From the IMG/VR virus record IMGVR_UViG_3300025934_000015, positions 32,001 through 96,000 of that record: a DNA stretch of 64,000 nucleotides, one strand, 5' to 3'. The notes beneath the pieces were generated by a model, which saw nothing but the letters and a program-made list of their open reading frames with translations, was not told where the DNA came from and ran no database searches. This DNA comes from a virus. Its lineage: Duplodnaviria > Caudoviricetes. Below are positions 54,613-64,000 of this stretch, one piece after another (the first letter of the stretch is position 1; each line of letters starts with the position of its first letter). The translations under genes were made by a program, and so were the position numbers.

Positions 54613-56709
54613 ATGAAAACCTATAACTATCAAACCGCAGGCGATTTCTCAGTCACGGCGACTGGGAATATCGACAACCTTGACTTTAAGGCCTGTAGTT
54701 TGATCCTGATGAATAACGCCTCTGCGGCTACCCTGCGTGGTCTGAAGGCGGGATTTCCGGGACAGCGTGTTGTCATCGTTTCAATGGGCGCAGGGTCGGT
54801 CAGTCTGGCGCACGAGGATACTGGATCCGTGGCCGCAAACCGGTTGACCAACATTGTCACGACGGTCGCAACTGCCTTGATCACCGGCGGGGGCGCGACG
54901 TATCAGTACGATTCCACCACGGCCCGCTGGCGGCTCCTCGGCACGAGCGGTGTGGAAGTCCTCGGCAATGGTACGAAGACCGCCCCGGCGTTTGCGTTTG
55001 CCGGAGCACCGGATACAGGTTGGTACTGGCGCAGTGGATCCCTGGAGGCCTCCATTGCCAGCTCACCTCTACTTCAGATCAATAGCACGGGTCTGGTGAA
55101 TGGTGGCAGTAACGGGTACGCATTTGCAGCGGGCGATGTCCAAGTCAACACGCCGGATCTCTATCTGCGACGTGAAGCTGCGAATACCCTTGCGCTACGA
55201 AACCTGACGAACAATCAGGTGTTCCGGATCTATAACACCTTTACGGATGCCAGTAACTACGAACGCGGGTTCGTGCGCTGGAACCTCAACGTCTTCGATC
55301 TTGGCACGGAGTTCGCGGGAACTGGCACGGCACGCTCGATTGGGCTCTACACAGGTGGCACACGTCGATGGATCATTGATGGAAACGGTCACTTCATTGC
55401 GTCGCTCGATAACAGCGTAGACATTGGACAGAGCGGAGCGAACCGTCCACGTCACTACTACGGCGCAGGAAATATCACGGTGGCCGGGGCCATTACGTCC
55501 TCCAATGTGATTTCTGCGACACGTGGTTTACAAGGGGGCTTTGCACCATCAATCACGGATCCGATGACGTCGTACAGCTCTGGTATGTGGTTTCCACGTA
55601 CCAGCGATCTGAACGGCGGCTATATGATCGATTATCAAGACGAGTACGCGCTCGTCGATAAGCGGACCGGCACGGTTGTGACATTGACGGCTGGAGCAGG
55701 TTTGAGTTCCGGCGTTGTCAGCTCCTTGTTTGTGGATGACTCCTCAAACATCGTGTGGAATACCGGTACCTCTCCGTTTCCCGTAGTTCTCGAAATCGAT
55801 ACGACCACGACGCCCATTCTGGCCGCTGGCAACGGGTTCTATAACCTAGGCATTACGTATCGCTACACCGGCACCGGTGCGAAACCAACCAACATCAAGA
55901 TCGAAGTGTGGGACTCGGGAGCCTACGTGACGCGCTACGACGCGCCGATGTCTATCGATCCTATTGGTGGGGCATGGCTCTCGCCACGATTTCTTGGGGA
56001 TCCGACGTCCGGTCTGTTCAACATGAACAAACTCAAGGTCACGTTGAGTGGAACAAATCCACTCGCGGGCTCGGACGTCTTCCGTCTCCAGCGGTTGATG
56101 CTCTATCATCCGACGGCCGTCTGGGATCCTTGGCATTTGCCAAAAATGGGAGGCACGCTCTATGGTGCCCTGACGGTTCAAAGTACGATTGCTGCAACAG
56201 GGGCTATCAGTGGAACAGCCGGAGCGACCGTCTCACTTGCGGATGCAGGCGTGGGCACAAAGGCCCTGGTTACGACGCTAGGACGCACCGGCGGTAGTAA
56301 TGCAACGACAACCGAGCGGATGTTAGGGCTAGCATTTTCTGACGGTCTCAACACCACACTGACCTCCGGCATTACCGGTATCCGTGAAAATCCGAATGCC
56401 TCGTACTTGGGCGGTATCGGTTTCTTCGTCCATGCGACCAGCGGTACTCCGGCAACGACGTTTGCGGATCTCGTTGAGGCCGCACGATTCAATTCGACCG
56501 GCGATCTGGTTATCAATACCACGACAGACGCATCCTCCTCGGTGACGGGATCACTGCGGACCGCGGGCGGTTTGGGTGTGGCGAAAAAAGCCTTCATCGG
56601 TACGGACTTGACTGTTGGGGGCAACGTCAATTTTACGGCGCTGCCGACCAGTAACCCGGGCGTGGCGGGCCGTCTCTGGAACAATGGCGGTGTGGTGCAA
56701 ATCTCGTAG
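54613..56709 (+). CDS. tail fibre/receptor-binding protein
   Basis: AP.FAF...PDTGWY, SSSVTGSLRTAGGLGVAK, LPTSNPGVAGRLWNNGGV fibre motifs. Confidence 0.75.
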   Translation: MKTYNYQTAGDFSVTATGNIDNLDFKACSLILMNNASAATLRGLKAGFPGQRVVIVSMGAGSVSLAHEDTGSVAANRLTNIVTTVATALITGGGATYQYDSTTARWRLLGTSGVEVLGNGTKTAPAFAFAGAPDTGWYWRSGSLEASIASSPLLQINSTGLVNGGSNGYAFAAGDVQVNTPDLYLRREAANTLALRNLTNNQVFRIYNTFTDASNYERGFVRWNLNVFDLGTEFAGTGTARSIGLYTGGTRRWIIDGNGHFIASLDNSVDIGQSGANRPRHYYGAGNITVAGAITSSNVISATRGLQGGFAPSITDPMTSYSSGMWFPRTSDLNGGYMIDYQDEYALVDKRTGTVVTLTAGAGLSSGVVSSLFVDDSSNIVWNTGTSPFPVVLEIDTTTTPILAAGNGFYNLGITYRYTGTGAKPTNIKIEVWDSGAYVTRYDAPMSIDPIGGAWLSPRFLGDPTSGLFNMNKLKVTLSGTNPLAGSDVFRLQRLMLYHPTAVWDPWHLPKMGGTLYGALTVQSTIAATGAISGTAGATVSLADAGVGTKALVTTLGRTGGSNATTTERMLGLAFSDGLNTTLTSGITGIRENPNASYLGGIGFFVHATSGTPATTFADLVEAARFNSTGDLVINTTTDASSSVTGSLRTAGGLGVAKKAFIGTDLTVGGNVNFTALPTSNPGVAGRLWNNGGVVQIS

Positions 56710-56718
56710 GAGTGCGAT

Positions 56719-57054
56719 ATGGCGAATAGTTCATATACCCAACAGGCACTCGCGGCCGACGAATCGTTTCGTCTGCGCATCAAGAACGCGCTCGCGAGCG
56801 TTGCGTGGCAGGTGCTCACCGAACAAACCAGCGTTGAGCACCATCAGGCCCGCGCCGACTTCGCGCGCAGTGTGACGGCGAACCTCGACGGACACGCGGC
56901 GACAATTGCGCCATGGTTGGTGACTCGTCCGAACCTAATCGGGTTCGCAACCTCGTACGACTTCGAGCGCCGTGCCATTGTCACAGCCTCCGGCGACCCC
57001 GACATCGAATCACAGATTGCCACGGACTGGAACATCATTGCAGGGTTGGCATGA
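56719..57054 (+). CDS. hypothetical protein (possible fibre chaperone)
   Basis: AGGAG RBS; D.DIE.QI...WN..AG motif. Confidence 0.7.
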   Translation: MANSSYTQQALAADESFRLRIKNALASVAWQVLTEQTSVEHHQARADFARSVTANLDGHAATIAPWLVTRPNLIGFATSYDFERRAIVTASGDPDIESQIATDWNIIAGLA

Positions 57055-57437
57055 TTCAAACAACCCTCGGACGAATCTTTGAAGCGGAACCGGCATTGAC
57101 GCGGTTACTCGCGATCAAGTTTGACAAGCCGAATGGTGCAAAGCTGCGGTACCATGTGGTCAAACTCGCGCAGCTTGCCCAGGTGGAACTAGCGCATTTT
57201 TACGAGGAGCGCAATGCTCTGGTGGAGAAATTTGGCGAGGGCGACCCAAAGATTGTGACTCCGACGTGCGCCCACTGGTCCGAATACCTTGTAGCAGTGA
57301 ATCAGTTAGGGGCCGTGCCGGTGAGCCTTTTTGTGGACCCCATTACAAATTGTATGGTTGAACCGTACCCCGAGATAATGGGCACGGATCTCATCGCCTT
57401 AGGTCCGTTATTTCTTCTGGAGGAACCTGCCGTATGA
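57051..57437 (+). CDS. hypothetical protein (DUF1617-like, fibre-associated)
   Basis: ATGA coupling; EERNALVEKFGE. Confidence 0.6.
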   Translation: MIQTTLGRIFEAEPALTRLLAIKFDKPNGAKLRYHVVKLAQLAQVELAHFYEERNALVEKFGEGDPKIVTPTCAHWSEYLVAVNQLGAVPVSLFVDPITNCMVEPYPEIMGTDLIALGPLFLLEEPAV

Positions 57438-57751
57438 ACGCGCATGAGCAGCGAACCCATCGATCAGTCACGCAGGCGCTGGATAAGCGCGTGGGTGATG
57501 CAGAAACGCTCATCACGGCCCTTGACGCCCGGCTCATGGACCTTACTGCGGCTGTGGAAAAAGACCTGTTGGTGTTAAAGAGCGCCAACGAAAATAGTTA
57601 CTTCGAGGAGCGCAATGAACGTCAAAGCGCGGTGTTGATGCTCAGTGCCCAAATTGCCGACATACAGGCATGGCGGGCGCGCACGTATCGTCAACGGGTG
57701 CGGGACTTTTTCAAAACCCTCACGACATGGCGTGTCAATGACGTTCAATGA
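57434..57751 (+). CDS. coiled-coil hypothetical protein
   Basis: GGAGG RBS; ATGA coupling. Confidence 0.6.
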   Translation: MNAHEQRTHRSVTQALDKRVGDAETLITALDARLMDLTAAVEKDLLVLKSANENSYFEERNERQSAVLMLSAQIADIQAWRARTYRQRVRDFFKTLTTWRVNDVQ

Positions 57752-58217
57752 CGCCTTTGATCGTCTGCTTGGCAACGAGGGTGGATACGTCAATAACCCT
57801 GCGGACCCTGGTGGTGAGACGAACTGGGGGATATCGAAGCGTGCGTATCCGAATGTCGATATTCTGCATCTGACAAAGGATCAGGCCAAAGGGATTTATC
57901 TGCGAGACTTCTGGACGCGCATTCATGCCGATGAGTTATGGGACGGCGTGGCATTTCAGACATTCGACTTTGCAGTCAACTCTAGTATCGAGACCGCTAT
58001 CCGTTATCTCCAGCGCGCTATAGGGGTGGCGGATGATGGTCATTGGGGGCCGGTCAGTCGAAAGGCGGCGGCGACGTGGAGTGAATCCGACATCATCCTG
58101 CGACTCAATGCGGAACGTCTGGAGTTTATGACGAAACTGAGTAACTGGCCCAATGCCGGTCGTGGGTGGGCGCGTCGGATCGCGGCCAACTTACGATGGG
58201 GCGCTGAGGACTCGTAA
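57738..58217 (+). CDS. endolysin, glycoside hydrolase family 108 with PG-binding tail
   Basis: EGGYVNNPADPGGETNWGIS, FDFAVNS, DG..GP, GWARR. Confidence 0.93.
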   Translation: MTFNDAFDRLLGNEGGYVNNPADPGGETNWGISKRAYPNVDILHLTKDQAKGIYLRDFWTRIHADELWDGVAFQTFDFAVNSSIETAIRYLQRAIGVADDGHWGPVSRKAAATWSESDIILRLNAERLEFMTKLSNWPNAGRGWARRIAANLRWGAEDS

Positions 58218-58403
58218 ATGATCACTGAGGAATGCCCGACACCATTAGAGGATCGATTACTGCAATACGTCGAATCCCGCATAGAGTTTTTAGAGAGAAG
58301 CAATACACTATGTAAAACCTGTAGGGAATGTCAAATTATGGAGTTACGGCGAATCATCGACGTGCTTCCAAAACGGTCCATTGCAAAGGACAACGATGCC
58401 TAA
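58218..58403 (+). CDS. small hypothetical protein
   Basis: GAGGA RBS; CKTCREC. Confidence 0.45.
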   Translation: MITEECPTPLEDRLLQYVESRIEFLERSNTLCKTCRECQIMELRRIIDVLPKRSIAKDNDA

Positions 58404-61400
58404 GTTGAACTACGTCGAAGACGTGCTTGGGGCTATCGCTGGCGTTCCAGGGTGGTTGAACCAACGCATGTTTCCATTTCCCTCATATGGCGGAGGCGCG
58501 TGGAAGAATGATACGACGGCGATTGAAGCCGTGGCGTCCGAAGGGGGTCATGTCAAGTTCTGGAAGCCCTTCGAGGATCCAGCCGGGACAGCCCTGGTCA
58601 ATGCGTGGGACCCGCCGACGGGCGTGTTCGAAATTTCTGGCGGCGGCGACCGCTGGATTGCCATCACGGAAGGCGAGCAACGTGAATCGCTGTTGATCGG
58701 ATCGTTAGGTGCGATCCCACGTGCCGGTTTTGGTCACGTCGCCGCCGATGGCACCATCGCCTTCAAGACGATTTATCAATCTGATCGCGGCGTGACCATT
58801 GTGCCGCCCTGGGCTGTTGGCCGTTGGCCTCCGAAGCCTAACGCGGTCTGGCCGACGGACGTCCCGGACGGCTGGATCATGGTGCCGGATGCATTTCCCG
58901 TCGATATCCAAGCCCTTCCGGGAGGACGCGCTATTTGGCGCGGGGGCGCGTACGGACGTGCGGCCGTGCACCCCTATTACAGTGACGCGATGGGCGTGCA
59001 GCTCGTGCGCGTGGGGTCTGAGGATTTCCTGCTCTACTGGTCTAACGCTCGCGCGGCGCTGGTCTTTCAACCAGACGGGGCGATGGAGGGCTACATCCTA
59101 GAAACCGATGGACAAGGGTTCAATTCCCACGTCATCGGCGGTACGCAGTACGCCACAATTGTGTGGTCCAAAACGCAGGGCGAGGCTCCGCAGGATCTGG
59201 TTAAACTCCACGTCAATCGCCAGGGCGTGCAGTTTTTGATCGACTGGCATCCGGCACGACCGGTGCCGACCTGGGGACCGTTGACTATACCACTGCCGGT
59301 CCTCACGCGTGCGACCTGGATCACGTGGTTCGAGTTTGCGCAAGGCCCGACCGCACCCGGCAACGGCCATCTACTCGTACGCGGCTTCAGCGGCCCGATC
59401 GCCAAACCGTTTATCCTCGCGCCGGAATTGGAAGGGAAGGTCAGCGGCCAAGTGCTTGGCGCGTTCTGTGGTGGATCGACGGTCGAGGAGATTGAAACGC
59501 ACGCGCGGGAGGTCGCCGCTGCCGGATACCGGCCGGTCGCCTACTGGGATAGCCGGGTGTGGCCCCGCTGGCCGTCCTTGCCGCCCGGGTCATGGCTGTG
59601 CCTCCAAGCCTACTGTCGGAACGGCGAACCGCCTGCGGCCTTTGAGGCCAGTCTGCGTGGCATTCTCCGTGACGCACCCGACCTGCCGATTGTGCTGGTG
59701 TGTCAACAGTACACTTCGAATGCGTCCTTGACGTCCGATATCAAGCCTTTGATTCCGGTCTTTCTCACACTAGCGAACGAATTCGCCCGCATTGTCGCGT
59801 TGGCCCCCTTCTCCGGGTACGGCCGTGCCACAGGATACAACGATCATCCAGAAATTTACGGCGATTGGGAGACGATCCGCACGACGACCAGAACGCCGCC
59901 ATTCATTCCCTATACGGGAGGTTCTGTGGTTCCACCGAAGATTACCATCACGTCGTACGATCCGACGACCGGCACTGCCCCACTTGTCGTGACGGCTGTA
60001 TATGCGAAGGAAGCGGGCAGCGGTCCGATTGATCAGGTCAAGTGGTGGACTCGACAGCTTGGCACGTCCACGTGGACGCTTGTCGCCACCAATCCGCCTG
60101 ACGATCCGGATCATCATTATCACTTCGATACGGCTGGAACCTACGAGATCAAGCTGACCGCTATTGGCCCTGGTGGCGAAGGATCCACCGGCGTGCAGCG
60201 CCTCGTGACCGTCTACGCGGACACCCCACAGCCACAGCCTCCGCCATCTGGCAAGATCCCGCCGATCAGCGACGACCAGATTGTCGAGCTGACCACCATC
60301 TACGACGGCACCGCCCCGGCGCAGCGGAAGAACGATCACGACTATCTGCGCGATGGCTGTTACTATGGGCTCGGCTATGCGCGCAATCGGACGATCGCGG
60401 ATCACCCACGTGCGACCAGTTGGTACAAAACCTCGGCGGAAGCAGACGCATACTACAGTGCGACACCTCCTGGCATGTTTACGGACGGTGAAGTGCAGGA
60501 CGTCTCGAGCCGCTTCACATCACGTTATCAAGCCCTCGGCCGCTATCAACAGCAGTCGCGGAGGGATAACAATCGGGACCAGACGTACTGGGCTATCGTC
60601 TACGCGCGACAGCGGGAACAGGGCCAACCGCACGAAGCCGCCCTCCAGGAGATGGAGCGGCAGATGGCGGCGGAAGCGGGACAGCCGGATCCGTATCCAC
60701 CACCGCCTGCTGGTCCCGTGTCCGACATCCGGATCGAGAATCGTCGCTTCAAAAGCGATAACCAGTGGTGGGCGTGGCGGGGCGTGTCGGACTTCAATAC
60801 CACCGCATATGTGCTCCAGAGTAACTATGCGGCCATGGATGCCCGCTTCGACGTCTACCAGCGCGCTAAGCGAACGATCGTCCGAACCATGGCCATGCTC
60901 AATTGGAATGGTTACGCCTTCAGTCCGCGATCGGTGGGTTACTGGTCGGCACTCGATACCGTCTATCATGCCGCGATTGACCGTGGCATGAACCTGGAGC
61001 TGTGCCTGTTTGCGGACGCCCAGCAGATTGTGCCGGACGTGGAGTTGCGGAAAGCGTGGCTCCAGCAATTCGCGGACTTTATCATCGGCCGACCCGGCAT
61101 CGTGCCACAACTCGCCAATGAGCCATTCAAGAATGGCTGGACCGGCGCGACCGATCCTGCGCTGTTGGAACTGGCCGACCTATTGGCAGAGCGACTGGGC
61201 CATCGGCATTTTTCCATTGGCGACCCGCAAGACGGCGATGACCCGGATGCCTCCGCCGAGACCACTGCGGCACTGGTGGAACTCTCACACCACTCGCTGT
61301 GTACAGTCATGCACCCCTCGCGCGCGGAAGGCGACAGTAGCCGCTGGCGGCGATGGGTGGACCACCTCGAAGGCTTCACCGATGTGATCCACCAACAGGC

Positions 61401-61836
61401 TCCAGGGACGGCATTATCACTCGACGAACCGATGGGCGCGGCGCTGACATATCAGTCTGGTCGTCGCGACAACGATCCGGATGCACATATTGCCGCCGAG
61501 ATGGTCGCCAAGTGCTGCGGCTTCGGCTACACCTATCACTATCTCTGCGAGGAAGTGCCAGACGCCGCGCAGCTTCCGGGCTTACTGGCCATGGCTCCGT
61601 TCATCGACCAAGTCCCCGTGGACCCTGGCTGGTCGTACCGCAACGATAGCTGGGACGGCAGTCCCACGCACGGGTACCGCGTGACCGGCAAGGACGGGAA
61701 GGTCCGGAGTATGGTCAACGGATCGTCGTTCTGGACCGTCGCGTATGGCGAGCTGGACTTCGGATCGATCAACTGGGTGCGTCCACCACAGGAAACGGTC
61801 TACGATGGTGCACGCTGCAAAATCTATAGGGGGTAG
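58396..61836 (+). CDS. multidomain protein with PKD domain and C-terminal GH-A clan (GH5-like) TIM barrel
   Basis: P.TG.APL.V...AGTY.IKLT..GPGG (PKD); WRGVSDF, IVR, LANEP (acid/base), LDEP (nucleophile), TYH. Confidence 0.7.
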   Translation: MPKLNYVEDVLGAIAGVPGWLNQRMFPFPSYGGGAWKNDTTAIEAVASEGGHVKFWKPFEDPAGTALVNAWDPPTGVFEISGGGDRWIAITEGEQRESLLIGSLGAIPRAGFGHVAADGTIAFKTIYQSDRGVTIVPPWAVGRWPPKPNAVWPTDVPDGWIMVPDAFPVDIQALPGGRAIWRGGAYGRAAVHPYYSDAMGVQLVRVGSEDFLLYWSNARAALVFQPDGAMEGYILETDGQGFNSHVIGGTQYATIVWSKTQGEAPQDLVKLHVNRQGVQFLIDWHPARPVPTWGPLTIPLPVLTRATWITWFEFAQGPTAPGNGHLLVRGFSGPIAKPFILAPELEGKVSGQVLGAFCGGSTVEEIETHAREVAAAGYRPVAYWDSRVWPRWPSLPPGSWLCLQAYCRNGEPPAAFEASLRGILRDAPDLPIVLVCQQYTSNASLTSDIKPLIPVFLTLANEFARIVALAPFSGYGRATGYNDHPEIYGDWETIRTTTRTPPFIPYTGGSVVPPKITITSYDPTTGTAPLVVTAVYAKEAGSGPIDQVKWWTRQLGTSTWTLVATNPPDDPDHHYHFDTAGTYEIKLTAIGPGGEGSTGVQRLVTVYADTPQPQPPPSGKIPPISDDQIVELTTIYDGTAPAQRKNDHDYLRDGCYYGLGYARNRTIADHPRATSWYKTSAEADAYYSATPPGMFTDGEVQDVSSRFTSRYQALGRYQQQSRRDNNRDQTYWAIVYARQREQGQPHEAALQEMERQMAAEAGQPDPYPPPPAGPVSDIRIENRRFKSDNQWWAWRGVSDFNTTAYVLQSNYAAMDARFDVYQRAKRTIVRTMAMLNWNGYAFSPRSVGYWSALDTVYHAAIDRGMNLELCLFADAQQIVPDVELRKAWLQQFADFIIGRPGIVPQLANEPFKNGWTGATDPALLELADLLAERLGHRHFSIGDPQDGDDPDASAETTAALVELSHHSLCTVMHPSRAEGDSSRWRRWVDHLEGFTDVIHQQAPGTALSLDEPMGAALTYQSGRRDNDPDAHIAAEMVAKCCGFGYTYHYLCEEVPDAAQLPGLLAMAPFIDQVPVDPGWSYRNDSWDGSPTHGYRVTGKDGKVRSMVNGSSFWTVAYGELDFGSINWVRPPQETVYDGARCKIYRG

Positions 61837-62102
61837 TGATGGGAGAGACACCAACACCGAGTGTCACGTACTTCGCGCAGTCGATCCTTGTCAGTAAAAC
61901 GTTCTGGATCAACGTCGGGATTACCATCCTTGCGATCGCAGAGGCCAAGGATGTGATCAACGTGCTCCCGCCGGGGGTGATGAAGTACGTGCCGTCCGTC
62001 GTGGCGGTGATCAATATCCTGCTTCGTCGTACGACCTCCCGTCCAGTACGGTTCATGTTGAAGCCGGGCAATTCGCAACCCGTCCTCGTGAAAAAACTCT
62101 AA
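61836..62102 (+). CDS. holin-like two-TM protein
   Basis: SKTFWIN...NILLR..T..PV pattern. Confidence 0.65.
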   Translation: MMGETPTPSVTYFAQSILVSKTFWINVGITILAIAEAKDVINVLPPGVMKYVPSVVAVINILLRRTTSRPVRFMLKPGNSQPVLVKKL

Positions 62103-62126
62103 CTCGCACCCTGCTAAGGAGTGTCC

Positions 62127-62585
62127 ATGTCTCGACAGAAGCGATTTATTCCCATTGTGCTTGTGGCCGTGCTCCTGGGATGTGCACGGAACAATCCACC
62201 CGAGGTCACTGTGCTTCAGACCGGCAGCACGGTCTTGGATGCGGCGACCCGCCTGCAAAAAGGCATCACGCAACTGACGGATAACAAGACCATTCCGGTC
62301 GCCACGGCTCAGAAGCTGACCGGCTACGTGCAGCAGGTCTACGACAAAAGCGGACCGCTGGGCGACGCCGTGCAGGCGTACAAGGCCATGACCGATCTGA
62401 ATCTGCGGAAGCAAAAGGCATCGGAGATCGTGCAGATGATTGCCGATATCAACTCGCCGCTGTCGCAGATCCTCAAGGAGGCTGTCCCTGAGGGCGCGCT
62501 CAAGGAGTTGTCCACCCTGGCTGGAAACGTGGTGGCGACCGTGGCACAAGTGCAGGCCTCGATCGCGCAGGCACTGGCCAAGTAG
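62127..62585 (+). CDS. lipoprotein
   Basis: MSRQKR-hydrophobic-LLG|C lipobox; AAGGAG RBS. Confidence 0.75.
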   Translation: MSRQKRFIPIVLVAVLLGCARNNPPEVTVLQTGSTVLDAATRLQKGITQLTDNKTIPVATAQKLTGYVQQVYDKSGPLGDAVQAYKAMTDLNLRKQKASEIVQMIADINSPLSQILKEAVPEGALKELSTLAGNVVATVAQVQASIAQALAK

Positions 62586-62596
62586 AGGAGATCATC

Positions 62597-62848
62597 ATGC
62601 CCGACATCAATAAGATCGAACAGGAACTGGCTGCGGCCAATCGCATCATTGTCTCGCTGAACCCGCTGGTGATTGCGTTCGAGGGGCTGGCGGCGCTGGT
62701 GATTCAGATTGCGCACCGGACCGGTACGCCGGTGCAGACCTTCGAACAAGCGTATGCGGATTTCTCTGCGAAGCGTGACGGACTCAAGGCGGCGCTCGAC
62801 GAGTTCCACACCAAGTATCCCACGGAGCCGCAGCCGCCGACGATGTAG
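62597..62848 (+). CDS. small helical protein
   Basis: GAGGAG RBS. Confidence 0.65.
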   Translation: MPDINKIEQELAAANRIIVSLNPLVIAFEGLAALVIQIAHRTGTPVQTFEQAYADFSAKRDGLKAALDEFHTKYPTEPQPPTM

Positions 62849-63000
62849 TGGGTTTGCGGGAGGGTCAGGCCGTGTCCCAGAAGCCGGAAATTTATCGCCC
62901 GAAGGATGAGGGAACTAGGTATTTGGCCAAGTAGGGATCCTTGGATTGGCGTTGCTGCCCCTAGATTGCTCATCCCCCGCATTTTCTTCGTGAGGACGTC

Positions 63001-63837
63001 ATGGAAAACTTCGAGGTCTCTGCGTTCAAACAGGTTCGGCTCGGACGGAAACCGCTCAAGTCTACGATGCGCGCACTGTCCTTCGTCGATTTTTTCAAGT
63101 TCGTGCAGATACCGATCGCACAGACATATTGGAAGCACAAGCAACCGCTGCCACATCGATCGTTCGGCAATCTCATGTACGGCGATTGCACGCGCGCTAA
63201 GCAGGCCGTCGCGATCGAACGCATGGAGCGGCTCGAGCAACGCCGTCTCGTCACCATCACTGATGAGGAAGTCATCCGCGTCTACAAGAGCATGTCAGAC
63301 CGGCTCTATGGTGGGGGTGATAATGGCGCGTACGAGGATGATGCGCTCAATGAGTGGCGCAATCCCGATTTGACCATTCGCGACACCAGCGGTCATCCCT
63401 ACACCATTGACGCGTATCTTCGCATCGACGCGAAGAATCCGGATCAGATCCGTGCCGGTCTAGCCTTGGCTGGCGCGAAGGGGATTGCCATTTGCATCAA
63501 TCTGCCGATGGCGTTCTCCACCATCAATCCGCCTGCGGTGTGGGATGTGCCGGAGGGCCAGCCCCTGACGGGTCCGTGGGAGCCCGGGTCGTGGGGTGGA
63601 CATTCGATGTGGGCGCAGGGGTACGACAGTGATGTGCTCTACGTGGACAGCACTTGGGAGATGGATACGCATCTGATTTCGTGGCGAGCCGTGGCCGCGT
63701 ATGTGGATGAAGCCCACCTCGTGATTGACTCGGTGGATGCGTGGCGGAAGCGCTCACCCAAGGCAGCCGATCGCCAGGGACTCGGCAATGTCATCGATGC
63801 GGTCAACGCCGTCAGCTCGATTAAGATTGCCGCCTGA
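63001..63837 (+). CDS. papain-like (C1-related) cysteine peptidase
   Basis: GN..YGDCT.A (Cys), WGGHSM...GYD (His), STW. Confidence 0.75.
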   Translation: MENFEVSAFKQVRLGRKPLKSTMRALSFVDFFKFVQIPIAQTYWKHKQPLPHRSFGNLMYGDCTRAKQAVAIERMERLEQRRLVTITDEEVIRVYKSMSDRLYGGGDNGAYEDDALNEWRNPDLTIRDTSGHPYTIDAYLRIDAKNPDQIRAGLALAGAKGIAICINLPMAFSTINPPAVWDVPEGQPLTGPWEPGSWGGHSMWAQGYDSDVLYVDSTWEMDTHLISWRAVAAYVDEAHLVIDSVDAWRKRSPKAADRQGLGNVIDAVNAVSSIKIAA

Positions 63838-64000
63838 TCATTCGCAGCCGACACCAGACGGGAGTGCGGTCTTGGGTACCGCGGCCAATGCTGGATTTCC
63901 CTTGTCGGTGATACTCCAGTAGAGGCACACGCCGGTGGTCTCAATCACGTAGATCGTATTGGTGTTGGTCAGCTTCCAGACCCGGGTGGTGGGGCCCGGG
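63838..64000 (-). CDS. 3' end of a convergent gene, truncated by the window edge
   Basis: open minus-strand frame ...RVWKLTNTNTIYVIETTGVCLYWS...GVGCE* ending at 63838. Confidence 0.5.
   Translation of the reverse strand, partial: PGPTTRVWKLTNTNTIYVIETTGVCLYWSITDKGNPALAAVPKTALPSGVGCE

Noticed and set aside
53356-56709. Diversity-generating retroelement acting on tail fibres
   Set aside because: No reverse transcriptase in the window; the fibre duplication is in frame and differs at all base types, not just adenines.
62855-62981. Twister ribozyme (GTCCC..AAGCC..GAGGG resemblance)
   Set aside because: The conserved UAA cleavage-site strand and second pseudoknot could not be placed; kept only as a generic structured RNA candidate.
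1-64000. tRNA genes, integrase/att sites, host genes
   Set aside because: None recognised by eye; lifestyle and host cannot be determined from this window.

Overview
The whole window is one high-GC tailed dsDNA phage (siphovirus-like: long tape measure, no sheath). No integrase, tRNA or CRISPR array was seen. Order: short leftward early genes (49-1205); divergent promoters; primase-polymerase/VapE helicase, Dam-type methylase and about 20 small Cys-rich ORFs (1532-10573); two leftward wHTH-like paralogs; a repeat-rich non-coding stretch; terminase; DHH phosphoesterase; portal; accessory virion or secreted proteins; three large polyvalent head-module proteins (23538-34028); DUF2213-like prohead protease/scaffold; decoration protein; major capsid; neck and tail; lysis module. 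The standout feature is the 10.5-kb three-gene block. A 20-aa peptide, GG[PS]GSGNFGHxGRPG[EQ][VI]GGS, occurs 12 times there, always directly after an x-x-[A/L] tripeptide (R/K-x-A/L in 10 of 12) and always at the front of a separate cargo domain. Cargoes are five ADP-ribosyltransferase-like domains, two ParB/Srx-like domains, a JAB-like domain, a Cys-His-Asp domain and three unknown domains. An untagged Acb1-like 2H phosphoesterase and a MuF domain complete the block. The same R/K-x-A/L motif recurs in the capsid, portal and scaffold at plausible maturation sites. My inference is a virion-packaged polyprotein cassette cut by the prohead protease into individually tagged, injected effectors. 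Family names come from motif recognition by eye; no database search was run.
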